Positions 1 through 9,772 of a DNA stretch of 64,000 nt are shown here, one piece after another. Source of the stretch: an uncultured Gammaproteobacteria bacterium (GTDB lineage: Bacteria > Patescibacteriota > Microgenomatia > Levybacterales > UBA12049); assembly GCA_964610465.1 (NCBI GenBank), contig CAZSWA010000006.1, forward strand, positions 4,332-68,331. Reading direction: 5' to 3'. The notes under the pieces are model-generated. The model was not told where the DNA came from. It did not search any database and was given only the letters and a program-made list of their open reading frames with translations. The position numbers and the translations under genes are program-made. The stretch's first letter is position 1. Each line of letters begins with the position of its first letter.

Positions 1-624
1 GGAAATGCAGTTATCACAGGAGATTTTACTACTGAACAAGCACAGACATTGCAAATTCAACTCAATGCAGGTGCATTACCAGTTTCTCTTTCAGTGCTTC
101 AGCAGCAAGCAATTGGCGCAACGCTTGGACAGTCCTCTCTTGCCAAAAGTTTACTTGCCGGAACGTTGGGCTTTTTTATTATCGTAGTCTTTATGATAGT
201 ACTCTATGGCAGGCTTGGAGTAGTTGCCAGTTTTGCACTTGCGATATACACGTTATTAGTGCTTTCACTCTTTAGACTTATTCCGGTAACACTTACTTTG
301 GCTGGTATAGCAGGGTTTATTTTGTCAATTGGTATTGCAGTTGATGCAAATATCCTGATATTTGAACGTATGAAAGAAGAATTACGCAAAGGTAGACAGC
401 AAGGAATGGCAATTGATTTGGGATTTTCAAGAGCATGGCCTTCCATTCGGGATTCAAATATTTCAAGTCTTATCACAAGTTCTATCCTTTACTATTTTGG
501 TACTGGTATTGTGAGAGGATTTGCATTTACTTTGGCACTTGGTGTATTGGTTTCAATGTTTTCAGCAATTGTGGTAACAAGAACATTCTTGAGAGTATTT
601 TATAGAAATAATTCGAATAATTAG
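1..624 (+). CDS. secD: Protein translocase subunit SecD, C-terminal part (5' truncated by window)
   Basis: LNAGALPV, GIAGFILSIGIAVDANILIFERMKEE and IRDSN motifs; directly upstream of secF. Confidence 0.95.
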   Translation, partial: GNAVITGDFTTEQAQTLQIQLNAGALPVSLSVLQQQAIGATLGQSSLAKSLLAGTLGFFIIVVFMIVLYGRLGVVASFALAIYTLLVLSLFRLIPVTLTLAGIAGFILSIGIAVDANILIFERMKEELRKGRQQGMAIDLGFSRAWPSIRDSNISSLITSSILYYFGTGIVRGFAFTLALGVLVSMFSAIVVTRTFLRVFYRNNSNN

Positions 625-627
625 AGT

Positions 628-1581
628 ATGTTAAACATTATTGGCAAGAAAAACTGGTATTTTTTAATTTCACTTCTGGTAATCATTCCAGGACTTATTT
701 CTGTTATGGTGTGGGGACTTAGGTTGTCTATTGATTTTACGGGCGGTTCCCGTATCACTTACATGTTTCAAAAACCAGTGGATGATAAAACGGTAGGTAT
801 CATAACCAATGCATACAAACAGGAGAAAATTGATGTGCCAACAGTTCAAAAGTCAGGTACAACTGTAATTTTCCGAACGAGTTCAATCAATGAAAAACAA
901 AACGCACAGGTAATAAATCGTTTTCAAAAATCAGTTGGAAGTTTCAAAATGGAGGAGTTTGAAACAGTAGGTCCAACTATTGGACAGGAAGTAACAGCCA
1001 ATGCACTTAAGGCACTTCTAGTTGCATCGCTTTTGATTGTGTTGTATATCGCATACGCATTTAGAAAAGTACCAAAACCAACTTCAAGCTGGAGGTTTGG
1101 AATTACTGCTATTATTGCACTTCTTCATGATGTGCTGGTACTTGTTGGACTTTTTTCAATCTTTGGACATTTCTTTGGAGTAGAAGTTGATAGTTTATTC
1201 CTTACTGCACTTCTAACTGTCATGGGTTTCTCAGTTCATGATACTATTGTCGTCTTTGATAGAATTCGGGAAAATCTCTTAAAAATAGGAGGAGTTTCCT
1301 TTCAGCAAATTGTCAATGATTCTATTCTTCAGACAATGGTTCGTTCTTTAAATACTTCTCTTACGGCACTTCTTGTCCTTTTCGCATTACTGCTTTTTGG
1401 AGGAGAAAGTACAAGATGGTTTGTTATAGCGTTACTTATCGGTATTACATCAGGCACGTATTCATCTATCTTTAATGCAGCACCGCTTCTTGTGGTATGG
1501 CATGAACTTGATGAGAAAAGAAAAGCCAAAAAAGCAGCAGCAACTTCTTCAAAAACCCTAGCGTATTCTTTGAGGAAATAA
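628..1581 (+). CDS. secF: Protein translocase subunit SecF
   Basis: SIDFTGG, VGPTIG, GFSVHDTIVVFDRIREN and GTYSSIF motifs. Confidence 0.97.
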   Translation: MLNIIGKKNWYFLISLLVIIPGLISVMVWGLRLSIDFTGGSRITYMFQKPVDDKTVGIITNAYKQEKIDVPTVQKSGTTVIFRTSSINEKQNAQVINRFQKSVGSFKMEEFETVGPTIGQEVTANALKALLVASLLIVLYIAYAFRKVPKPTSSWRFGITAIIALLHDVLVLVGLFSIFGHFFGVEVDSLFLTALLTVMGFSVHDTIVVFDRIRENLLKIGGVSFQQIVNDSILQTMVRSLNTSLTALLVLFALLLFGGESTRWFVIALLIGITSGTYSSIFNAAPLLVVWHELDEKRKAKKAAATSSKTLAYSLRK

Positions 1582-1583
1582 GT

Positions 1584-2603
1584 TTAGATTAACTCGCTCA
1601 TCTTTTCTCCAATATCACTATATCCATCATGATTGGGATGAAGCCCATCACTACACACTAAGGAAGAATCTATTTTGTAATCAAACAAATTTACAAATGC
1701 TAAATTATTGGCATTTGCAGTTTTTATCATTGCCAAATCCAATTCTACCAGTGCATATAAGATAGAATCTTTAATTTCTTTATCTTTACCAGGAATATAG
1801 AGAGCAAGGCTTTCTTTTTTTTGGATATAATCTTGAGTACTTTGCAAAGTCATGATATTAGGAAGTAATGTAAGGATGACTCGTCCTTCGTGATTTGGGA
1901 GTTCATCTATCATATTTTCCAGATTGGCTTTATATTGTGTAATAGTATCAGTGATTTTTTTTGGTGCTCTTTCTTCAATATGAAAGAGAAAGTCAGAGTC
2001 TACTCCATCTGCCAGTTTAAAAAGGTCATTGGCTCCGACAGATACTAAATAAACAGGGTTTTCGACTTTTATAAGGTCATCATGTGCATTTTTTACGAGA
2101 TCGAGAACTTTAGCTGATGTTTTACCTCCTTGATATGTTCCTTTTATATCTGCTTCTTGTAGTTTTAGTCCTTTATTTTGAGCATTGTAAATGAAAGTAG
2201 TTATGATACCGATGTCATCAACTCTATGTCTTTTCCCTTGTTCATCTACTGCAGTATCATCTTGACATACGCCTTGCATAATACTGTCTCCAATACGGAC
2301 TATTTTATATTGAAGAGAAGGATTTAGCTGTATTTTTCTTGACTTAGCAGTCCTTACTTTATGAAGGTCAGTACCTTCTTTATCTGCGATTTGCGTTCTT
2401 AAATCATCAAAGCTTGAATGAGAATGAGATTCTTGATGCCCTGTACTACCGCGTATTTTATTTATTTCATACACAACGCCTGCTGCGGCAATAGCTCCTC
2501 CGAGACGTGCTGCTTTTCCAAAGAATTCCCGGCGGGAATAGGCAGGCGGTTTGGTTTCCTGAAATAAAACTAAGTCTTGAGTCCTTTCCTTTACAACTGT
2601 CAT
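1584..2603 (-). CDS. SGNH/GDSL hydrolase with twin-arginine-like N-terminal anchor
   Basis: GDSI, GAND and DGLHP blocks; SRREFF followed by a hydrophobic helix. Confidence 0.8.
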   Translation of the reverse strand: MTVVKERTQDLVLFQETKPPAYSRREFFGKAARLGGAIAAAGVVYEINKIRGSTGHQESHSHSSFDDLRTQIADKEGTDLHKVRTAKSRKIQLNPSLQYKIVRIGDSIMQGVCQDDTAVDEQGKRHRVDDIGIITTFIYNAQNKGLKLQEADIKGTYQGGKTSAKVLDLVKNAHDDLIKVENPVYLVSVGANDLFKLADGVDSDFLFHIEERAPKKITDTITQYKANLENMIDELPNHEGRVILTLLPNIMTLQSTQDYIQKKESLALYIPGKDKEIKDSILYALVELDLAMIKTANANNLAFVNLFDYKIDSSLVCSDGLHPNHDGYSDIGEKMSELI

Positions 2604-2755
2604 TACAATAATTATTCTTATTATAATCGTAACTTATTGATTTTCAATAACTAATCCTTTTTGCTCTGGTTTATATTACTTTCTTTTTGGTAACTACTTT
2701 ACAAATTTTTCTCAAAGTGCTAATCTGGCAAAGATAAAGCCTCTTTGCTAAAATT

Positions 2756-3727
2756 ATGGATGCGTTTACCACACACAAAGAATCAATAGATGATAAAGAA
2801 ATCCTTGACGCATATTCTCATGCAGTTATCAACGTTGTTGAAAAAGTAGGTCCGGCAGTTGTCAAAGTTGATGTTATACGCACCAATGGCAATCCATATC
2901 TTCAGGAGCAACAAGGATTGGGTTCGGGAGTTATCATAACGCCTGATGGATTTATGATAACCAATCATCATGTCATCGATGGAGCCAAAAAAATTGAAGT
3001 ATCTTTGACAAACGGTAAGAACTACAAAGCACAAATCATAGGAAAAGATGCGGCAACTGATACGGCGCTTTTGCGTTTGCCAACCAATGATTTACCCTTT
3101 GCAGAGTTTGGCAATTCAGACCGCATTAAAGTTGGACAGCTGGCAATTGCGATAGGCAATCCTCTTGGTTTCCAGAGCACTGTCTCAACAGGTGTTGTCT
3201 CAGCACTTGGAAGGTCACTTCGAAGCGACGCAGGAAGGCTTATTGAAAATGTTATCCAGACTGATGCATTATTAAATCCTGGTAATAGTGGTGGACCATT
3301 GGTTAATAGCAATGGACAAATTATTGGAATCAATACTGCAATGATTCCAATGGCACAGGGAATTGGTTTGGCAATTCCTTCCAATACAGTTTCCTGGGTA
3401 GTTAGTGAACTTCTCTCAAAAGGCAAAGTACAAAGAGCGTATCTTGGTATTTTGGGAAGAGGGCGGCCGCTTGAGAGGCAACTGCAGCGCTATTTTAAAT
3501 TAACCAATGACACCTGTGTTGAGATAATTCATGTGGAGCCAAAAAGTCCGTCCCGTGGACTTCTGCAAATAGGAGATTTTATTGTTGCATTAAATGGTCA
3601 GAAAGTAACCAGCATTGATGATTTGCACAAATATATGTCGCGCAAACCAGGAGGTACTCTTTTTAAGTTGACTATAGTGAGAGATTTTAAGAAGAGAAAT
3701 ATCTATATCACCGCAGGCGTAGCGTAA
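2756..3727 (+). CDS. HtrA/DegS-like trypsin protease with PDZ domain, no signal peptide
   Basis: TNHHV, DTALL and GNSGGP catalytic triad motifs; C-terminal PDZ. Confidence 0.93.
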   Translation: MDAFTTHKESIDDKEILDAYSHAVINVVEKVGPAVVKVDVIRTNGNPYLQEQQGLGSGVIITPDGFMITNHHVIDGAKKIEVSLTNGKNYKAQIIGKDAATDTALLRLPTNDLPFAEFGNSDRIKVGQLAIAIGNPLGFQSTVSTGVVSALGRSLRSDAGRLIENVIQTDALLNPGNSGGPLVNSNGQIIGINTAMIPMAQGIGLAIPSNTVSWVVSELLSKGKVQRAYLGILGRGRPLERQLQRYFKLTNDTCVEIIHVEPKSPSRGLLQIGDFIVALNGQKVTSIDDLHKYMSRKPGGTLFKLTIVRDFKKRNIYITAGVA

Positions 3728-3750
3728 ACAATATAGAGGTTAGCAATATT

Positions 3751-4263
3751 TTATTCTTCAAAATTCTTTTTAACTATTTTTAGACATTCTTCAATCGACA
3801 TCTTTTCTGTATCCAAATGAATGGTTCCTTCTATCGGATTTTCTATTACCTTTCTATATAACCCTTCAATTAACTCATCTCCCAGCGGTGGGAACCATCC
3901 TTCTTTCACTCCTTTTCTCGTTTTATCTCTAAGTTTTAATGTCTTAAGTGGACAGTCTAACTGATATACAATGACAGGAATATTTTTCTCTTGTGCTGCT
4001 GTAATAAAAGCATGAATATGCTCAGGTTTTTTAAAAATACCATCAACAATTACTGAAAATTTCCGATCAAGTATGTCTTTTAGGGCTACAAGAGCAGATT
4101 TATTCACATCATCCAGCGCAGAGTCTTGAAAATTAGAAAAAATACGCTTGAAGTTATCGATAGAAATCCATGCAACTTTTGTGTCATAGTCTCTTAAAAC
4201 TTCAGCTATCGTTGTTTTCCCGCTACATGATGTTCCTCGTAAAATTACTACTTTTTGTATCAT
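3751..4263 (-). CDS. P-loop kinase (AAA_33-like)
   Basis: Walker A GTSCSGKT; small nucleotide-kinase fold pattern. Confidence 0.75.
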   Translation of the reverse strand: MIQKVVILRGTSCSGKTTIAEVLRDYDTKVAWISIDNFKRIFSNFQDSALDDVNKSALVALKDILDRKFSVIVDGIFKKPEHIHAFITAAQEKNIPVIVYQLDCPLKTLKLRDKTRKGVKEGWFPPLGDELIEGLYRKVIENPIEGTIHLDTEKMSIEECLKIVKKNFEE

Positions 4264-4271
4264 GATGTGTA

Positions 4272-4592
4272 TTACACTTTTGTTTGCTCGGCCCAGGCGG
4301 CCATACTATCAAATACTTTTCTAAGTGATTCCCCTTTTTTGGTAAGACTGTATTCTACATGCAAGGGAACTTCCGCAAACACTTTTTTGGTAATAATACC
4401 TTCTTTCTCAAGTTCAGAAAGTCGTTCTGACAGAGTCTTGGGACTAATACCTGGAAGTGATCTTTGTAGTTCACCAAAACGTTTCTTGCCTTCACAAAGA
4501 TTGTGAAGGAGAAGCATTGTCCATTTGCTGCCGATAATCTTAAGTGTTTTGGCAACATTGCAGTTCGTATGTTCCTGATTTACTTTTTTCAT
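4272..4592 (-). CDS. HxlR-family winged-helix regulator
   Basis: C-x-V...IGSKW, RFGEL, LSERLSELE and VPLHVEYSLT motifs. Confidence 0.93.
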   Translation of the reverse strand: MKKVNQEHTNCNVAKTLKIIGSKWTMLLLHNLCEGKKRFGELQRSLPGISPKTLSERLSELEKEGIITKKVFAEVPLHVEYSLTKKGESLRKVFDSMAAWAEQTKV

Positions 4593-4654
4593 AAATTTAT
4601 TTACTGCTTATAATTTGCTCGCAATTAATTATTCTTGTGAATTATTATATCATA

Positions 4655-4691
4655 TACTTCATAAAATGTAAGTACTTTACAAAATGAAGTT
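4655..4691. promoter_or_regulatory. Palindromic operator between the HxlR gene and the divergent LUD gene
   Basis: ACTTCAT..TGTAAGTACTTTACA..ATGAAGT imperfect palindrome. Confidence 0.5.
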
Positions 4692-4710
4692 GAACTGCTA
4701 ATATATTGTT

Positions 4711-5358
4711 ATGAACAAAACAACAGTTGTTCCATTAAAAACTTTACAAGATAAATGGACCACACTTGCTGATGGAAAAACTTTACAACAAACAGTAGAT
4801 GCGTTAGAACAAAATGGATTCCATACTATTGTCGTAGACAATGCTGAAGAAGCCAAACAAAAAGCATTAGAATTACTGCCCATTGGTTCACAGGTTTTTA
4901 CTATGACTTCCAAAACTCTTGAAAAAATCGGGCTTGCCCAAAAAATTCAAGAATCAGGTGAATATGATTCAGTAAAAAACGCGCTTACTAAATTGGATAG
5001 AAATACGCAAGGGAGAAAAATGCAAATACTGGGAAGCGCTCCGGAATATGCAGTGGGTAGTGTACATGCGGTAACTACTGATGGACACGTACTTATCGCG
5101 TCACGTTCAGGAAGCCAATTACCAGGATATGTGTATGGGGCAGACCATGTAATTTGGATAGTAAGTACACAAAAAATAGTAAAAAATATTGATGAGGGAA
5201 TAAAAAGAATTTATGAGCATGTATTACCGCTTGAGTCTCAAAGGGTAAGAGAAGTCTACGGTATGCCCGAAAGCAGTGTTGATAAATTACTTATATTCAA
5301 CAGAGAACGCCCGGGAAGAATAACAGTTATTCTGGTAAAAGAAAAGTTAGGCTTCTAA
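4711..5358 (+). CDS. LUD-domain (lactate utilisation LutC/YkgG-like) protein
   Basis: GSVHAVTTDG, SGSQL, QKIV and RITVILVKEKLGF motifs. Confidence 0.8.
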   Translation: MNKTTVVPLKTLQDKWTTLADGKTLQQTVDALEQNGFHTIVVDNAEEAKQKALELLPIGSQVFTMTSKTLEKIGLAQKIQESGEYDSVKNALTKLDRNTQGRKMQILGSAPEYAVGSVHAVTTDGHVLIASRSGSQLPGYVYGADHVIWIVSTQKIVKNIDEGIKRIYEHVLPLESQRVREVYGMPESSVDKLLIFNRERPGRITVILVKEKLGF

Positions 5359-5432
5359 ATACTTGTAAAATTAAATATTGTATTTATACAACTACTACAT
5401 TATAATCTCTTTATCTCAGTAGTATATAAAAA

Positions 5433-6806
5433 ATGGCAGCTGAAATAAGAGAACAATCAAATTATTCTTCAAGGTCCCCTCAAGAACTCATCCGTGCAAA
5501 AATAGAAACAGAACGTTTGGAAACGATACCTCTTGCTCATGTAAAAACAGAACATGCGTTAGTTGATGAATCTCACGCAAAAGATTTAGGAAACTCTATG
5601 AAGCAGAAAAGAGGACAAATATCTCCGATAGTCGTGAGAGCAAGAATGGAAGATAATGAAGTTGTATATGATGTAATAGATGGGTTCCATAGGACTGAAG
5701 GGAAAAAATTAAATGGGGATGAAAACATAAATGCTACTGTTGTATATAATTGTTCTGATGAAGAGATGTTTGATTTGAGAATACTCGCTGCAAGTTCTGT
5801 ACGTTCTGTTCAATATCCTCGTATTGCTCAATGGATTTCACGATCATTTGACCAAACACCATGGAAAGAAAAAGGTTTAAATGTAGCTCAAGCGTTTGGT
5901 ATCGCTGTAAATGATAGTGTAAAAACTCGAGGCATTGAATTAAATCCGGAAGAAATTGAAGACCTGAAAGAATGGGTGCAGGGGAAAACACAAAAATGGG
6001 GAAAAAGTATCGCTGGAACGTATCAAATTTTACGTGTTGTATCAAATGCTGATCCTGATCTTGTAAAGCAAGTACGAACCTCTGGAGGTGGAAAAGATAG
6101 AAACGGAAGAATTACACCTGCTCGCTTACAGACAGTAGTTGAACAGTTTCCTGGAGAAAAGAATTTTGAGACTCAAAGAGCAGTTCTTAAAGTAGTTGTT
6201 GAAAAAAGACTCTATGCAGAAGAAACTGCTCAACTGGTAAGAGATGTACAAAAACATATACAACCTGGTATGAGCGAGTCAGAAATTTATGAAGTTGCCA
6301 ATAACATTGTGATTACCCATCAGGTATTTCCTGAGAGAGATTCTCAAAAAGATGAATTGGGAGGATGGGATGCGTCAGTAGATGAATTTAGAGAGAAACC
6401 TCATAAAAAACGGACGAGGGCATCTGCAAAAATAATACAAGCTGAAGTAGTAGAAGAACTTCGAAAGCATAGGGATGAAAACAAGAGTCTAAGGAAAGAG
6501 AATGAAAGCTTAAAAACAAAAAATGCTATGCTGGAAGATAGATTGAGAGAACAAAAAGCAGGAACTGATACACTGGGTAGACTCGCTACTCGTATAACAG
6601 AATGGATAGAAACCGCGACATATCTTACAAAAAATGAAAGAGTATGTCTTGAAAGAGTATTTCTCATGCAGGAAAATATAGATGTCGTTGCAAGGTCCTT
6701 CAATATAGCTCCTATGCAGGTATCAAAATTTATACAGAGTGCTCTTTATAGGAAAGGTGTTGAAGAACTAGCAAAGCATAATCCATACTCTTCTCAAACT
6801 AATTAA
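5433..6806 (+). CDS. ParB/Srx N-terminal domain protein with coiled coil and C-terminal sigma-region-4-like HTH
   Basis: GQISPIVV..YDVIDGFHR; coiled coil at about aa 340-375; LTKNERVCL..VVARSFNIAPMQVSKFIQSAL. Confidence 0.65.
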   Translation: MAAEIREQSNYSSRSPQELIRAKIETERLETIPLAHVKTEHALVDESHAKDLGNSMKQKRGQISPIVVRARMEDNEVVYDVIDGFHRTEGKKLNGDENINATVVYNCSDEEMFDLRILAASSVRSVQYPRIAQWISRSFDQTPWKEKGLNVAQAFGIAVNDSVKTRGIELNPEEIEDLKEWVQGKTQKWGKSIAGTYQILRVVSNADPDLVKQVRTSGGGKDRNGRITPARLQTVVEQFPGEKNFETQRAVLKVVVEKRLYAEETAQLVRDVQKHIQPGMSESEIYEVANNIVITHQVFPERDSQKDELGGWDASVDEFREKPHKKRTRASAKIIQAEVVEELRKHRDENKSLRKENESLKTKNAMLEDRLREQKAGTDTLGRLATRITEWIETATYLTKNERVCLERVFLMQENIDVVARSFNIAPMQVSKFIQSALYRKGVEELAKHNPYSSQTN

Positions 6807-6840
6807 AGTTTAATAGTTAGGACAATTGATATCGTGGAAT

Positions 6841-7284
6841 ATGAAAAAATCCAAGATGAATAAACAGATTACAGTTATTGCAGGTGTGGTAATAAAAGAC
6901 AATAAAGTTTTAATGGTTTTGCGTAATGAAGAGGAGCAACCGGATGCGCATCTCAAATGGGAATTTCCTGGAGGCAAAGTTGATTTTAGCGAAACAATAG
7001 AAGAATCACTCGCAAGAGAATTTTTGGAAGAAACAGGGGTTGAGGTAAAAGTGAAGGAACTTTTGCCATTTGTCCAGACAAGCTATTGGAACTATGAATG
7101 GGGAACACAGCAAACTCTTTGTTTTGTATTTCTTTGTGAATTTATCAAACAGCATGCTGTTCCATTAGATCATCATGTAAAGAAAATTGAGTGGATTGAG
7201 ATTGAGAAAATAAAAGATTTAGCATCACTTCCCGGAACAAATGAGGTAATAGAGATTGTGAAGAAAGAATTGGCAATAAGTTAA
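6841..7284 (+). CDS. NUDIX hydrolase (MutT-like)
   Basis: WEFPGGKVDFSETIEESLAREFLEETG Nudix box. Confidence 0.9.
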   Translation: MKKSKMNKQITVIAGVVIKDNKVLMVLRNEEEQPDAHLKWEFPGGKVDFSETIEESLAREFLEETGVEVKVKELLPFVQTSYWNYEWGTQQTLCFVFLCEFIKQHAVPLDHHVKKIEWIEIEKIKDLASLPGTNEVIEIVKKELAIS

Positions 7285-7320
7285 TTTTTCACGAAGTCTC
7301 TCTCCTTTTAGGAGAAGGAA

Positions 7321-7776
7321 TTATGACTTACTTAGCTCCTCTTTCACAATCTTGCTTACCAGGCTTCCGTCTGCTTTACCTTTAACTTTAGGCATAAGAG
7401 CACCCATAACTTTGCCCATATCTTGAGGTGAGGAAGCACCTGTTTGCGTGATAGCATCTGCGACTAGCTTTTTTATTTCCTCTTCTCCCATTTGCTCAGG
7501 CATATATTTCTGAAGAATTGCAAGTTCTTTTTCTTCTTTCTCAGCTAAGTCTTTTCTTCCACCAGTGGTAAATTGTTCAATAGAATCTCTGTGCTGTTTG
7601 ACTTCTCTTTGGATTACTGTCATGACATCCTCGTCATTGGCTTCATAATTTGCTCCGGCTTTTTGGATTTCATAATAATTGATAGCTGATAAAAGCATGC
7701 GAAGCACAGAAGTTCTGGTCGTATCTTTGGCAAGCATGGATTGTTTGAGCTCGTCACGAAGTTGTTGCTTTAACAT
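7321..7776 (-). CDS. yqeY: GatB/YqeY-domain protein
   Basis: DSIEQF..GGRKDL and DMGKVMG..KGKADG motifs. Confidence 0.9.
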   Translation of the reverse strand: MLKQQLRDELKQSMLAKDTTRTSVLRMLLSAINYYEIQKAGANYEANDEDVMTVIQREVKQHRDSIEQFTTGGRKDLAEKEEKELAILQKYMPEQMGEEEIKKLVADAITQTGASSPQDMGKVMGALMPKVKGKADGSLVSKIVKEELSKS

Positions 7777-7869
7777 ATGAGTATTATAGCATTTTCGAAT
7801 GGGAGTTCACAGTTATTGGTTCACTGGAGATAAAACATTATTACTAATTGGACTGAAATGTCAACTAAA

Positions 7870-8259
7870 TTACTTCTTATCTTGTTTTGTTTGTTCTTGA
7901 TGTAGTGTCTGTTGTCCTGTGAATGGTCTGCCTCCATCATAGCCTTTGGTATGAAATTGTCTTCCTTCACCTTCAGATGTAATAGGCTTTCTTATACCCT
8001 TAGACCGCATATCATACTCCGCGTCAAAAATTCTAGTAATATCCCACTCAGGATTATTACCTTTTGCATGTTTTTCTAGGTTAGCAAACTCCTTATCATA
8101 TCTATCTTCTTCACCTTTGGACATATCTTCAATCCAATCATTAGCAGAACGTGCTATATAACCTTCAGGTATATTACCAGTAGCACCTGGAGGAGTAGGC
8201 GGTCTCTGTGCACGCTTTTTAGCAACTTGGTCATAGCTGCGTGGATTTCTTTCTGTCAT
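7870..8259 (-). CDS. Hypothetical protein
   Basis: 129-aa ORF filling an intergenic gap; TATAAT just upstream. Confidence 0.6.
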   Translation of the reverse strand: MTERNPRSYDQVAKKRAQRPPTPPGATGNIPEGYIARSANDWIEDMSKGEEDRYDKEFANLEKHAKGNNPEWDITRIFDAEYDMRSKGIRKPITSEGEGRQFHTKGYDGGRPFTGQQTLHQEQTKQDKK

Positions 8260-8301
8260 ACTATGAGCAATTATAGCCTATAAAGGCTAAGTGTTCAATA
8301 T

Positions 8302-9735
8302 TTACCTTTTTATTTTTTCTAATTCCGGTTGGAGTTCTTTTATTCTTTTGAGCAAATAGTCTCGATTATTTTTCTCCAAATCTTCATCCACTTCTTCAAA
8401 AAGTTTTTGTAAAATCCGGCCGATGATTGGTCCGGGTTTAATATCAAGCTCTTTCATAACATCATTGCCATCAACTACCAGATTTTTGATAGAAAAAGGT
8501 TCAGGAGCAAGTTGTTCTTCAAGCCGTTTTTTAAATAATTTAAGTCTCCAGCTTTCTGCAGTTTGAGTACCTCCACCAAGTCTGTCTCCAATGCGAAGTT
8601 CCATCATATCCTTCACATTTTCAACCCCAACGCGCCTTATAAACCTTCTGACCGCAGCATCAGTGATGTGCTCATCAACTGTAAACATATGCCATCTGAC
8701 AAGCGTCACGATTTTCTGTTTGTCTTTTCTGGAAAACCGTAATCTATCTGCTATCTCTGCAGCAATCTTTGCGCCTTCTATCTCGTGATTGTGGAAAATA
8801 ACATACCCATGCTCATCTGTTGCTGCAACTTTTGGCTTGCCGATGTCATGGATAAGTGCTGCCAAACGGACAACCGGGTCAGATGCTGGAGTAAATTTAA
8901 GAGAAAGAATATTGTGAGTGAAGACATCTGTTTTGTGATGTCTGCCAGGACGCTCCTGAGATACGTCAATACCTTCAAGAAGTTCCGGGATAATATAGTT
9001 TAAAAGTCCTGTATTTTTAAGAAGCATGATACCTTCATACGGATAGTTGCTTGTCAGGATTTTGAGTAACTCATCGTGGATTCTTTCTTTGGATATCTCA
9101 GAAAGAAGCCGCGCATCTTGTACAATTGCTTGAAATGTCCTCTCGTCAATGGTAAATCCAAGCTGTGTTGCTAGGCGAATCGCACGCATGAGACGAAGCG
9201 CATCTTCTTTAAATCTAAGATTTGGATCGCCGACTGCACGTAACACTTTATTTCTTATATCTTCCTGTCCATAGTAAGGGTCGATAAGGTGAGTGTGTAG
9301 TCGATTGTCTTCAGTACGCACCTCAAGCGCAATTGCGTTGATAGTAAAATCACGACGGGACAAATCTTCCTCAACTGTTTTGCCCCACTCAACCCCTGCG
9401 GGATGGCGTCTATCTTTATATTCTTTTTCAGTTCTATATGTAGTAATTTCAAGTACTTCACTTTTTTCTTGTGAGTCTGGCACGCCAAAATTCTCTAACG
9501 CTTCGGTTGGTAAACCTACCGTACCAAACTGATTATCATAAAAACCGCCAGGAAAAAGTTTGAGAATTTGTTCGGGTGTAGCATTGGTGGTAAAATCCCA
9601 GTCGCTTGTTGGTCTGCCAAGAATCAAATCTCTCACACATCCACCAACCAGATAAATTTGAAATCCAGCTTCATGAAATATTCTATTTACTTTTAGTACA
9701 TGTGCTGGAATACCTTCGACCATACCTTGTCCCAT
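8302..9735 (-). CDS. cca: CCA tRNA nucleotidyltransferase (class II) with HD domain
   Basis: VGGCVRD, DWD, RRDFTINA, EDALR and HDIGKP motifs. Confidence 0.9.
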   Translation of the reverse strand: MGQGMVEGIPAHVLKVNRIFHEAGFQIYLVGGCVRDLILGRPTSDWDFTTNATPEQILKLFPGGFYDNQFGTVGLPTEALENFGVPDSQEKSEVLEITTYRTEKEYKDRRHPAGVEWGKTVEEDLSRRDFTINAIALEVRTEDNRLHTHLIDPYYGQEDIRNKVLRAVGDPNLRFKEDALRLMRAIRLATQLGFTIDERTFQAIVQDARLLSEISKERIHDELLKILTSNYPYEGIMLLKNTGLLNYIIPELLEGIDVSQERPGRHHKTDVFTHNILSLKFTPASDPVVRLAALIHDIGKPKVAATDEHGYVIFHNHEIEGAKIAAEIADRLRFSRKDKQKIVTLVRWHMFTVDEHITDAAVRRFIRRVGVENVKDMMELRIGDRLGGGTQTAESWRLKLFKKRLEEQLAPEPFSIKNLVVDGNDVMKELDIKPGPIIGRILQKLFEEVDEDLEKNNRDYLLKRIKELQPELEKIKR

Positions 9736-9772
9736 GCAGTGGGGTCTGCTATAGTATATCAGATAAAATCAT

